From assembly GCF_001194135.2 (NCBI RefSeq), contig NC_068986.1, positions 71,758,335 to 71,822,334 of the forward strand: DNA of 64,000 bases, in the 5' to 3' direction. Made by a program: the position numbers and the translations under genes. The stretch is from Octopus bimaculoides (taxonomy: Eukaryota). The notes beneath the pieces are model-generated. The model was not told where the DNA came from. It was given only the letters and a program-made list of their open reading frames with translations, and did no database searches. Of this stretch, positions 25,909 to 39,254 are shown piece after piece; the stretch's first letter is position 1; each line of letters begins with the position of its first letter.

Positions 25909-27051
25909 NNNNNNNNNNNNNNNNNNNNNNNNNNNNNNNNNNNNNNNNNNNNNNNNNNNNNNNNNNNNNNNNNNNNNNNNNNNNNNNNNNNNNNNNNNNN
26001 NNNNNNNNNNNNNNNNNNNNNNNNNNNNNNNNNNNNNNNNNNNNNNNNNNNNNNNNNNNNNNNNNNNNNNNNNNNNNNNNNNNNNNNNNNNNNNNNNNNN
26101 NNNNNNNNNNNNNNNNNNNNNNNNNNNNNNNNNNNNNNNNNNNNNNNNNNNNNNNNNNNNNNNNNNNNNNNNNNNNNNNNNNNNNNNNNNNNNNNNNNNN
26201 NNNNNNNNNNNNNNNNNNNNNNNNNNNNNNNNNNNNNNNNNNNNNNNNNNNNNNNNNNNNNNNNNNNNNNNNNNNNNNNNNNNNNNNNNNNNNNNNNNNN
26301 NNNNNNNNNNNNNNNNNNNNNNNNNNNNNNNNNNNNNNNNNNNNNNNNNNNNNNNNNNNNNNNNNNNNNNNNNNNNNNNNNNNNNNNNNNNNNNNNNNNN
26401 NNNNNNNNNNNNNNNNNNNNNNNNNNNNTCTATCGCCATCCATTTTAGAGAAAAATTTGTAGTTTAGAATCAGTAGTTCTTTGACTGCTGTTTCTGAATT
26501 TTCAGTATGTTGGAGAAGCAACTCAATTGCTAATCCCTTATATTTATGATGATATATATATATATATATATATATATAATGCATATTTTTATAAATAATA
26601 AATATACTTATATATAAGTGAGTGTGTGCTTGTATGTGTTTGTGTGTGTGCGTGTGTGTGTACGTTAACGTCTTGCATGCTCTACCATGTGTAGTACACA
26701 ATATAAAAAGAAGGAATGTTGCTGAAATATGACACTCAGTAAAATAGCAGTTTAGTGAAACGCAGTCTACTCTACCACGTGGAGCTCCCAATGAAAGAAC
26801 TGTATCCCATGGAAGACAACCTAGTGATGTGAACTGTCAACTAGGGTCCTATATACTTTCATACATTAGCTAGTTTACATTTCTCCTAAATTCAGTTCAA
26901 TCTGTCTGTTTCAAAACATCTGATTATGGAGGTGCTTTCTACGCCCACGAAACTTTAAGTGGTGTGTAGCAGAGTTAGATATTTTTTAATGAATAAGTAT
27001 ACACACACAAGCATGCAAACACACACAAACATGCGCACATACACACGCGCA

Positions 27052-27090
<39 letters not shown>

Positions 27091-27260
27091 TTATATATAT
27101 ATATACATACATTTATACACACACTCACACATGCCCGTCTGTCATTCTATATATATACATATTTATAAATATATTTAAATATATTTTTATAAATTTATGT
27201 AAATTTATTTAAAGGTTCACAATTTATATATATATATATATGTGTGTGTGCGTGTCAGTC

Positions 27261-27296
<36 letters not shown>

Positions 27297-27559
27297 TATA
27301 TATATGCGTGGTGACTTCAGCCTGTATCTTCAACCAGAGCCACAAGACACTGCGCTTGGCAAGATAATTCGATGGACTCCGTGGAAGCCATTTGTGCGGT
27401 TGTACATATATGCATATATACATAAATGTATGTCTCTGTGTGTGATTATGCCAACATTGGTGTAATAAGTTCCTTTGATGCGTTTATATCCTGTCCTTAT
27501 ATTTCTTTTAGCTTACCAGGGCTGCGAATAGAATACGTAGAATATATACCAAATAGGAG

Positions 27560-27591
<32 letters not shown>

Positions 27592-28139
27592 TGTACGTAC
27601 GTATGTATGTATGCATGTATGTATGTATGTATGCATGTATATATATATATATATANNNNNNNNNNNNNNNNNNNNNNNNNNNNNNNNNNNNNNNNNNNNN
27701 NNNNNNNNNNNNNNNNNNNNNNNNNNNNNNNNNNNNNNNNNNNNNNNNNNNNNNNNNNNNNNNNNNNNNNNNNNNNNNNNNNNNNNNNNNNNNNNNNNNN
27801 NNNNNNNNNNNNNNNNNNNNNNNNNNNNNNNNNNNNNNNNNNNNNNNNNNNNNNNNNNNNNNNNNNNNNNNNNNNNNNNNNNNNNNNNNNNNNNNNNNNN
27901 NNNNNNNNNNNNNNNNNNNNNNNNNNNNNNNNNNNNNNNNNNNNNNNNNNNNNNNNNNNNNNNNNNNNNNNNNNNNNNNNNNNNNNNNNNNNNNNNNNNN
28001 NNNNNNNNNNNNNNNNNNNNNNNNNNNNNNNNNNNNNNNNNNNNNNNNNNNNNNNNNNNNNNNNNNNNNNNNNNNNNNNNNNNNNNNNNNNNNNNNNNNN
28101 NNNNNNNNNNNNNNNNNNNNNNNNNNNNNNNNNNNNNNN

Positions 28140-28172
<33 letters not shown>

Positions 28173-28546
28173 GAGAGAGAGAGAGACAGAGGGAGGGAGA
28201 GGAGAAAGAGAATATTCAATGGATTTTCTTCTTTTTCCCAATACAGGATTTTATGGCCTTTCTCGAATTCGAATATGTGCAGAATATTCTTGTGCGTTTT
28301 AGCCATTTTCATTCGGTTTTAATATACTCTTATAAGAGGAAATGCATTCCCTAGATGGTATCTGAAATTATTCAACTGTCGAAAATATTTCATTTATATC
28401 ATATGTATTTCACAGTTATGAAGGTAATTAAAATGTTCGTTATATACATTAATACGAAATAAATACGAAATGACTAATACACGATTTTGGCCAAATTGTC
28501 TAATGATAATTGTTTTGACGTCAGTTCAGATTTCACTGACATCAAG

Positions 28547-28665
28547 TTTGCCCTTCAACTCCCCGCAGCCATATAAAGTATCTGCCAATTACTGTAGTCG
28601 ATGGCGTTGACTAATCACTTCCCTCAAGACTGCTGATCTTGTCCTTAAATTAGAAACAGCTATCA
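28547..28665 (+). mobile_element. SINE family A, degenerate 3' half
   Basis: TTTGCCCTTCAACTCCCC...GTCGATGGCGTTGACTAATC...CCTTAAATTAGAAAC. Confidence 0.55.
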
Positions 28666-28845
28666 TTTTTATTTCATATAAGCACAACAGATTAGACTGC
28701 TGTAAAAAAACAAATTCCCAACAGTGGGCTACAATGAGTAATCTTAGATGCCGAGAACCTTCCTAAGTATCCTAGATGTTCGTAATAATACTGTTTTCTG
28801 GAGCTGCACTATACTAGGTTTTATGCCTTTTTCCTACTTATACCT

Positions 28846-29195
<350 letters not shown>

Positions 29196-29480
29196 NNNNN
29201 NNNNNNNNNNNNNNNNNNNNNNNNNNNNNNNNNNNNNNNNNNNNNNNNNNNNNNNNNNNNNNNNNNNNNNNNNNNNNNNNNNNNNNNNNNNNNNNNNNNN
29301 NNNNNNNNNNNNNNNNNNNNNNNNNNNNNNNNNNNNNNNNNNNNNNNNNNNNNNNNNNNNNNNNNNNNNNNNNNNNNNNNNNNNNNNNNNNNNNNNNNNN
29401 NNNNNNNNNNNNNNNNNNNNNNNNNNNNNNNNNNNNNNNNNNNNNNNNNNNNNNNNNNNNNNNNNNNNNNNNNNNNNNNN

Positions 29481-29587
<107 letters not shown>

Positions 29588-29609
29588 CTGAAACTATTAC
29601 ATGCTAATT

Positions 29610-29940
29610 AATTCGCGGAGATGTTATCATGATGTTCAGTGACTTAGAATCCTTGTAGAATACAAGATGATTCTTTTCTGCAAGTTGACAATACGTGTCT
29701 AAATTCCAGTATGTTATAGACTCTTAGGAAGCATTTTGGGTGTTGTGGCGGGTACACTTGTTACCATGGAAACAATTTTGATCTTTGTGTTTCTCAATAT
29801 TGTTTTTTCCCTGAGAATTCTTCAATATCCACTCATATGGTATTGCAAATCAACTATCTTTGTTTTTCTGTTTCATTTAATTATTTTTAGTCTTCTACGG
29901 CTATATCTGGTCTTTTTCTCAATAAAATTGTCAGTATTAA
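29610..29940 (-). mobile_element. Decayed R4/Dong-like LINE 3' end
   Basis: LQKRIILYSTRILSH resembles LQKxVxLGTARILRK; a (TTA)n tract at 29481-29586 lies just downstream. Confidence 0.6.
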
Positions 29941-29956
29941 TATTATTATTGTTGTA

Positions 29957-30117
29957 AAGGCGGTGAGCTAACAGATTCGTTTGTACGCCGGACAAAACGC
30001 TTAGTGGCATTTCGTCCGACTTTACGATCTAAGTTCAAATTCCGCCGGGATCGTCTTGATGTAATCAACTTGCTTCTCCCCCAGACTTGCTGCCTGTGCC
30101 AAAATTTGAAACCAATA
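29957..30117 (+). mobile_element. SINE family A with internal deletion
   Basis: AAGGCGGTGAGCTAACAGATTCGTTTGTACGCCGGACAAAACGCTTAGTGGC...AAGTTCAAATTCCGCCG...GTGCCAAAATTTGAAACC. Confidence 0.85.
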
Positions 30118-31102
30118 CTACTGTTGATGTTGTTGCTGTTGTATTGTTTTTTCTTATTACTAAGATATAAGTAAATACTAAATAAATACTCACAAGTGCA
30201 GAACTTATGGATTAATGAAGATATTTAAAGAATTACAGTTTTACCTGCCATAATTTAAAAACAATAGTGAATTCGAAAATGTAAACGATAGGCAGAAGAT
30301 TGCAGAGGTCCAACTGTATATCTCGACCGCCTTAATAGATATACACACGCGGTATGTGTGTGCAGTCTAAACCCAGGAGAAAAGTGGTACTCAGAATAAA
30401 TGTCCTATAAATATATGAAATTGAAAACCAAAAGCCTTCAAAGCCTATGAATGGAAAACATTAATGAATTCGACATTTTATATCTTTTTCTGATTTAATA
30501 AGAAAATTCCGAAAGTATATTCAATATACTTCACCTAGTGTTTCGCTATTTCATTTAACAAATTGTATCTATCTTATTGATTAAAAACTATGAAATTAAT
30601 TACTATCTCACTTATCTCACTTTCATAGATCCAATTTTCATAAGTAATCTTCAACTTGATATATTGAAACTTAAATACCTATATTTTGATTAAAATTATG
30701 ATTTATATTACCTTTATTGCTCCGAAATAAATATGAAATAGATTATACGCGATTCTACTGTTGAATTTCAATTATCTTTATAACTAATTTTACTACGAAA
30801 TAAGTAATGCGACAGAGAGATTCCCTTCACAAGAGTAAAATGATGGACAAATCCGAAAAGAAACGCATAGAAGTAAAGGATTTCCATCTATCATTTAACA
30901 TAGAATTTTTTTCTTTTTAATATGAGATATTGTCCATCTTGCACTTCGAATGTACAGATGATAGCCGCTAATAGAACACAGAGACCAGGAGTAATTATAT
31001 ACACGCATTTTTATTCTCAATAAATGCATTCACACTTAAATATGATAGCAACCAAACCATGAGAAAAGGGCTTATAAGGAAAATAATCCGTAAAAATATG
31101 AA

Positions 31103-31133
<31 letters not shown>

Positions 31134-31544
31134 CATACATACATACATACATACATCTATGATTAGTAACAGCAGAGCGTTCTTACTAAAATATTAAATG
31201 TGCAAATTATAACTATTTACACTATAGTCATATAACAATCGAATAGGGATTTCGGATTTCTAGACTCAGGGGCCTTCGATTCAAGAATGTTGTTATGTGT
31301 CTTTATATATAATTTTTACATGTAAATATTTATAACGGAAAACAGCATATATGTATTCATTTATTTCTTTATTTATAAATGCGCGTGTGTGTGTGTGTGG
31401 ACACATGTAAAAAGTTTGGAAATCGTATATATATATTAACACATTATCGATCTATCTATCTACCTATCTCTATATATATATGTTCATACATATATATGTA
31501 TAAGCTATATATATATATATATATATAAATATATATGTATGTGT

Positions 31545-31582
<38 letters not shown>

Positions 31583-32992
31583 CTGTGTATGTGTGTGTGG
31601 ATGTGTGTGGTTGTATACATATACATATATATACATATATATATNNNNNNNNNNNNNNNNNNNNNNNNNNNNNNNNNNNNNNNNNNNNNNNNNNNNNNNN
31701 NNNNNNNNNNNNNNNNNNNNNNNNNNNNNNNNNNNNNNNNNNNNNNNNNNNNNNNNNNNNNNNNNNNNNNNNNNNNNNNNNNNNNNNNNNNNNNNNNNNN
31801 NNNNNNNNNNNNNNNNNNNNNNNNNNNNNNNNNNNNNNNNNNNNNNNNNNNNNNNNNNNNNNNNNNNNNNNNNNNNNNNNNNNNNNNNNNNNNNNNNNNN
31901 NNNNNNNNNNNNNNNNNNNNNNNNNNNNNNNNNNNNNNNNNNNNNNNNNNNNNNNNNNNNNNNNNNNNAAGGCCAAAAGCGAAAAGAGAGAACGTGAAAA
32001 GCCCGATGTTCAAATAATTAAAATTCAGAATATCGAAAGCTTGAAATCCTGAATACTTAAAACATCGACTTTTGAAACATTTTAGAAGAAAATATGAAGA
32101 AATGCCTTAAAAGTGATTTAGTTACCTGTTTAGGTTTGAGTTTATTTGGGAATGATGTAAATTACTTTTTTATTACGCTACATTGAAATAGGTATTTTAA
32201 TATAAAATGTGAAAAGAAACGTTATTAAAAATATACAGTTTTAAAAAAGCTTTTATTTGAAATTTTTTTTTATTATTATTATATTGCGTCAAAATAACGA
32301 AGGTAATCAAGATATGCTGAACGTATTTACTTTACAATAAATATAAACATGCATGGCAGAAATACGCTATAGAAAACAAACTGACACTCAAATAGTTTGC
32401 TTATCGAATAATACTGTTCTCTAAATTCTCTCATTATTGCTTATTTTCCTTCTTTTTATACAAACATAAGCCTACGATACGATTAAAATGTTAAATTTTG
32501 TGACGACTGAAGTCTCGTGCTCATTCTTGTATCAGTTGTTATTCTTTCACTATGTAATACCAATGTGTTAATATTGTTTAATCGTCTGGCTTGTTTGGGT
32601 TTCTATTGAAAGCCAAGAAGGAAAATGGGCAATAATTAGAATATAAAGAAGAGAGTATTCAATAAATACACCATTTTAGTTTTTGCTTCAGTCTTCGAAA
32701 CTGTATTCCTGGCTGCAATATGCATTTTCTTCGTATTTACTTTTTCTTTTTACTGAGTAAATATGCTCACCATATTCTGCTTGTTATTATTCTGTTGTAG
32801 CATATTAAAAACAATAAATATGCAATAATAACTCACTAAAATAAATTACATTTTAAAATCTAAATATACGTCTTTTAAAGATATTTTGCCCCAAATCTTT
32901 CAAAATTCGGTGTTTGAGTATTCAGGCTTTCTAGCTTTGTGCTATGATTCATTGAATCCTTTGAAGTTCGATCTTTGAGATAGGCGTCCACA

Positions 32993-33116
<124 letters not shown>

Positions 33117-33382
33117 GACATATGTATACATGTATATAACGGAGTTATACAAATTGCATACGTGTATGTAAACATATGTGTATATACGTGTGCGGCATGT
33201 ATGTATGTATGAACATACTAATACAAAATATCGATATATACTATATACATATATTTATATAAAATCACATAGATATATAAAATATTTTGACACATATACA
33301 CACGTGCATATCCCAACTATGTATCTTTCTCACTCCATCCCCCTCTCTATCTTTCTCCCAATATATATACATGTATATATGT

Positions 33383-33417
<35 letters not shown>

Positions 33418-36388
33418 ATATGTATTTATATGCGTGCATAAACATATATATANNNNNNNNNNNNNNNNNNNNNNNNNNNNNNNNNNNNNNNNNNNNNNNN
33501 NNNNNNNNNNNNNNNNNNNNNNNNNNNNNNNNNNNNNNNNNNNNNNNNNNNNNNNNNNNNNNNNNNNNNNNNNNNNNNNNNNNNNNNNNNNNNNNNNNNN
33601 NNNNNNNNNNNNNNNCAAGTTTATGTTGTGAATATGAATTTGGAGGATATATCTATACTTGCATAAAAACTGCTTCAAAGCAGTGATCCTTAATCTTATC
33701 TCTCAATCTGATATTTCTACAAATAGACTATATATCTCTGTAGAAGTATAAACATCGAAAAACATCTTCAAAATATCTGCCACAACATTCGTGAACCAAC
33801 ATTTATTGTTTTTCCAATAACATACATATTCTTAACTTTATGCCTGTTCAGCATATTTTTTATTATGTTCGAATAACTATATGAATATCCTTAATCTGTT
33901 TAGACTGTTGTTCTGTAAAGGTGTAACTGATTTGTCATATCATCTCATTTTGTAAGAATATGATACTTTATATCATTGTCATTTATGAATTTATGAAAGT
34001 CCTAATTAAGGTTCTCTTAATAAGTACAAGATATTCCACAAGAATCAAATATAAATTTATATCAAATTGATATTATTTGGTACAATGATAGGCTTTTTCT
34101 TCGTCGGTACTACTAATCTAGGTCAAACATGCTCCAGTAATTTTCCAGATTTGACAAGAGTATAAGTGTCCCTGTGGATTAATATTTGCTAATTTTAACT
34201 TGGTAGAAGAGATCGTCGTGAAGTGGTATAATAAATGTCACGTAGAAGATATGACGAAGTACACAGGCTGAGTAGTAGCCACGATAGACTGTTAGCATAC
34301 CAGCGTGGTGGCGGACATGACATAACCACGATAGATTGCTAGCAGACCAGCGCGCCTCTGGAGTGCCAATAACTGCAGGGAACCAGCCGGAAATCAGAGG
34401 CAGGCGGCAGGAAAGGAATCGGGAGTAGAAATCCATGATGGTGGGTGTAATTATGGTCGTAGGGAAATGTATGATAAACTTTATATGATGTTGAACTATT
34501 ATACATAGTTGCAACTGCTGAAATATTAATAAAAGTATTAAGTATGTATCTATTTATACAATTATTTATTTGTAGTTTTCTTCCAAGATCAGTGAATCAA
34601 AGAAAATAACATAAAATCTACCTGAAACGATTTAGTAGAACCAGAACACGATAAGTTGTCACAAATGAGACATAAAAATTCGTCATGCTTTATGTTCATT
34701 CAAAACTTTTAAACATACATTTATTTTAACATATAAATTTATTTATAAATGTGTGCATGTTTGTACGTGGAAGGATTTCACGAGTGTGTGCATAAACCCG
34801 TTTACAGTATAGTGTATACATAATTTCTCTTATTTCTAACACTTTCATTATAATTTTCATTATAATCATAATCGTCTGAAGATTCTTTTAATACGTCGCA
34901 ACTTTGTCGGAGTAATTACTTCTTAGAGTACCATAACACACCTAGGTACCTTCATCTATCCATTTCAACCGAAACTGTATAATACACCATAAAAAGTGTT
35001 ATGCTAAAATTTACTTATCATCTGTGACATATGCAACTGATCGACAAACCACGTGCACTGGCATCAGCATGGAAAGAAACCCTGCCTGAAAAGTGACTTT
35101 TTCGATCTTATGATTATTAAAATCAATAAATAAACAGAAACATAATGTATTCGGATTTTTTACATTCTTATATACACTAAGGCAATAATTTGTGGCCACC
35201 ATACATGATGGAAATCGTACATCAATTAGTCTCCAATAAATTTATAATATGGTTTGTTTTTGTTAAATATATCTCTAAATTCATTCAATCAATTTATATG
35301 CATGCACAATAAAAATACAGAGTGAAAATGCATCTCAGGTTTTAACAAATATTTTCAAAGAAAATTTAAAATACTGAAACACTGGTATATGCTGCCTCTT
35401 AGCACCTTAGAAGCAACATACAAAATATGATTAGTTATATCAGCTAAGACAGCAACGTATTGCCCTTCGGAAGAAGTATTAGCTGCCAATGAAAACCAAC
35501 AGTATTTGAGGCTATAGTTAAATATGCAATATTGATAATTAATGCCTCAATTGAAAGCGAAAAAGAAATTCTCACCAAGTTTAAAAAGAAAAATATCTTG
35601 CAAGTTTAGGGTGGTTACAGCTACCAGAGAGAGAGTTTGAAACGGTGATATCATAGACTACAGGGAGATGAAGAGGAAGCAGAAATACTTAATTTAGCGT
35701 AGGTCCAAAAAACACACGCTAGGAGAGGGTAATAACATCAAAAGGTAGAGAAATTGTAGCAGTCAAAATTTATTAAAAGAGCCGTTTTACAGAATCATAC
35801 GTTAGCTAATGTACATACGACTATAACTTACATATGTAATATTTATACAAGGAATAACAGAAGCGGCTTTTAGACTTATGTGAATGAGTGAACGGCACAA
35901 ACTGTTGGGTTTTGGAAACATTTAGTTATTATAGAAACTGTGTTAAAAGTGTCTGATATTCCTGATAATCAACATTTCATGCAAGGTATCACTTCAACCA
36001 ATTAAGTTATATACATACATACATACATACATACATACATACATACATACATACATACATACGTACATACATGCATACATACATACATACATACATACAT
36101 ACATCCGTGGTTTCCAGGTCTTATTCATTTTGCTAATAAATCTGTCGTATTTACGTCCAAATTTAATTATTCTTATTTTCGATCTTCGAAACTATTTCGG
36201 GTTCCCATTGCACTAGGCCATGGTACTGATCTCATTTGACAATACACCCTTTCTACTACGTATTATATAGTTCTGAAATTCCCTTGTTGACTAAAAGTAC
36301 AATGTGGAAAGCAAATGAAGAGTATATACACACACATACATTCACACACACATACATTCACACACACATATACGCACAGACACATACA

Positions 36389-36434
<46 letters not shown>

Positions 36435-36522
36435 TGTGTGTGTGCGTGTGTGTGTATGCATGCATATATACATACATGCATATATATATATACATATACA
36501 TATATATATTAAATTCAAATAA

Positions 36523-36558
<36 letters not shown>

Positions 36559-37360
36559 NNNNNNNNNNNNNNNNNNNNNNNNNNNNNNNNNNNNNNNNNN
36601 NNNNNNNNNNNNNNNNNNNNNNNNNNNNNNNNNNNNNNNNNNNNNNNNNNNNNNNNNNNNNNNNNNNNNNNNNNNNNNNNNNNNNNNNNNNNNNNNNNNN
36701 NNNNNNNNNNNNNNNNNNNNNNNNNNNNNNNNNNNNNNNNNNNNNNNNNNNNNNNNNNNNNNNNNNNNNNNNNNNNNNNNNNNNNNNNNNNNNNNNNNNN
36801 NNNNNNNNNNNNNNNNNNNNNNNNNNNNNNNNNNNNNNNNNNNNNNNNNNNNNNNNNNNNNNNNNNNNNNNNNNNNNNNNNNNNNNNNNNNNNNNNNNNN
36901 NNNNNNNNNNNNNNNNNNNNNNNNNNNNNNNNNNNNNNNNNNNNNNNNNNNNNNNNNNNNNNNNNNNNNNNNNNNNNNNNNNNNNNNNNNNNNNNNNNNN
37001 NNNNNNNNNNNNNNNNNNNNNNNNNNNNNNNNNNNNNNNNNNNNNNNNNNNNNNNNNNNNNNNNNNNNNNNNNNNNNNNNNNNNNNNNNNNNNNNNNNNN
37101 NNNNNNNNNNNNNNNNNNNNNNNNNNNNNNNNNNNNNNNNNNNNNNNNNNNNNNNNNNNNNNNNNNNNNNNNNNNNNNNNNNNNNNNNNNNNNNNNNNNN
37201 NNNNNNNNNNNNNNNNNNNNNNNNNNNNNNNNNNNNNNNNNNNNNNNNNNNNNNNNNNNNNNNNNNNNNNNNNNNNNNNNNNNNNNNNNNNNNNNNNNNN
37301 NNNNNNNNNNNNNNNNNNNNNNNNNNNNNNNNNNNNNNNNNNNNNNNNNNNNNNNNNNNN

Positions 37361-37395
<35 letters not shown>

Positions 37396-37579
37396 ATCGA
37401 TAGATAGATAGATAGATAGATACACACAAACATGTGTGTATGTGTGTATGAATGTGAATGTATGTATTCATGTATGTATGCATGTATGTATGTATGTATA
37501 TTTCAACTCTGGAAGTGATCATAAACCCTCCTAAATTGCCATATGAAACGTCTTAAATCCTATCCTAACATGTAATCAT

Positions 37580-37860
37580 TTGAATATCTCCTCTTATTCA
37601 CATGCGTTCCAAGCAAAAGAAATGCCACACACTAATCTCTTGTTCGAAAACATTAAAAATGTGCCCACAACCTACAATATCATACAAGCAGAAGAGAAAA
37701 CACTAATCTCCCAAGCTAAAGATAGAATGCTGCGTGAAAGGCCACACTCTGCGTCTACTTATATTTCTTTTAAGGATCATTGACAATTTCCATACAATAC
37801 CAGACATAGATTTTTTAAAATATAGCAAACCACGAATGGGATTTAGAATGCAAATGTGTA
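37580..37860 (+). mobile_element. Possible Penelope-like RT fragment
   Basis: Weak resemblance only: VPTTYNIIQAEEKTLI (APTYANIFM..LEE.L) and LRIIDNF (LRYIDDIF). Confidence 0.3.
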
Positions 37861-38789
37861 ATCATTTCGTTTAACCTTAATCTAAAAGCGCTCAAGTATT
37901 AGTACAACGAAATTATAACATGTTTTCATATTATTGATACAATATTATATAACGAACGTCTAACTTTTTACATTTAAATATCTTATTCTGAATTCAGGAA
38001 AACTTTTCCTTCCAAATTATAACAATAAACATTAGGATACCACCACACTTATATATATCAAAAGTTCATACTGGAATGTAAATGAAAACGCTCCATTCTT
38101 CGATTTCTCCATGTTAATTTAATTTAAAACCTTTAACAAACGAACTAGCAACAGTACCTCTCTATCTTGATGCTACGTTGGTGTTTTAGTTTCTTCAACC
38201 AGAAATGACTATTGCATGGCTACATTTAGATCAAATTAAAAAGGCAGACTTAGGAACACAACTAGGTTATAATGATTAACACCGATCAAAGAAAATTTAA
38301 GGTTTCAAATACAGCCAACATACTCCTATGAAGAAATCCAAATCAGAGAAGTTTATACATCCATCACTTCCCCTGTTAACATTAAGAATTCTTTTCAATA
38401 GCACAAAGAGGACAAAATGAAACCGATCTTATGACATGGATCATACTAAGAAGTGGCTGTAATGAGAAAATCGAACAAAAGAACATCACACACACACTAA
38501 CACAACTTGGTGCACACACACATACACATATTGTATAGTTGTACTTTACAATCGTTACTAAATGTTTTGCTTTTAGATTCTTTAGACCATTACAAACGTC
38601 ACAGATATACAGTTTAATATTCTTAGAAACGATTAAAAGCTGTCCGTTGATCATATTAGCTTGTAGAATTAGACATAATCGACGGATAATTGTTTTTAAA
38701 GATTACGGTTATTTAGAGATCAACCTCAATGGGATTAAAATAAATTGTGTATATTTTATATTATCATATCTTTTCTTTTATCTTTTATC

Positions 38790-39254
38790 TTTAACTTGTT
38801 TCGGTCATTTGACTGCAACCATGGTAGGGCGTCGCCTTGAAACGTTTTCGCCGAACAAATCTATTCCCGGACTTATTCTTTAACCCTAGTACTTATACTA
38901 TCGTATCTTTTGCTGAACCGCTAAGTTACATGAACGTAAACACACCAACACTGGTTGTCAAGTTGTGGTGCAGGACAAAAACAGACACAAAGAAACACAC
39001 ACACATGTATACATGTATGTATACATGTATGTGTGTATGTATGTTTGTATGCATGCATGCATGTATGTAGGTATGTATGTATGTATACGACGGGTTCCTT
39101 TCAGTTCCGTCTATCAAATCCACTCACAAGGTTTTCGTCGGTCCGAGACTATATTAGAAAACATTTACCCAACGTGCTACGTAGGGGGTCTGAACCCGGA
39201 ACCATGTGGTTGGGAAGGGAAGCAAGCTTCTTACCATACAACCAAACCTGCGTC
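38790..39254 (-). mobile_element. Composite SINE family B (tRNA-like head, internal microsatellite, 3' domain)
   Basis: The head reverse complement has TGGTAAGAAGCTTGC...CACATGGTTCCGGGTTCAG (B-box-like). An internal (TATG)n tract precedes the 3' domain CTTAGCGGTTCAGCAAAAG...GCAGTCAAATGACCGAAACAAG. Colinear with 41902-42215. Confidence 0.85.

Noticed and set aside
26428-26550. Stop-free minus frame HHKYKGLAIELLLQHTENSETAVKELLILNYKFFSKMDGDR next to a gap
   Set aside because: No recognisable homology and no convincing acceptor; it cannot be supported as an exon.
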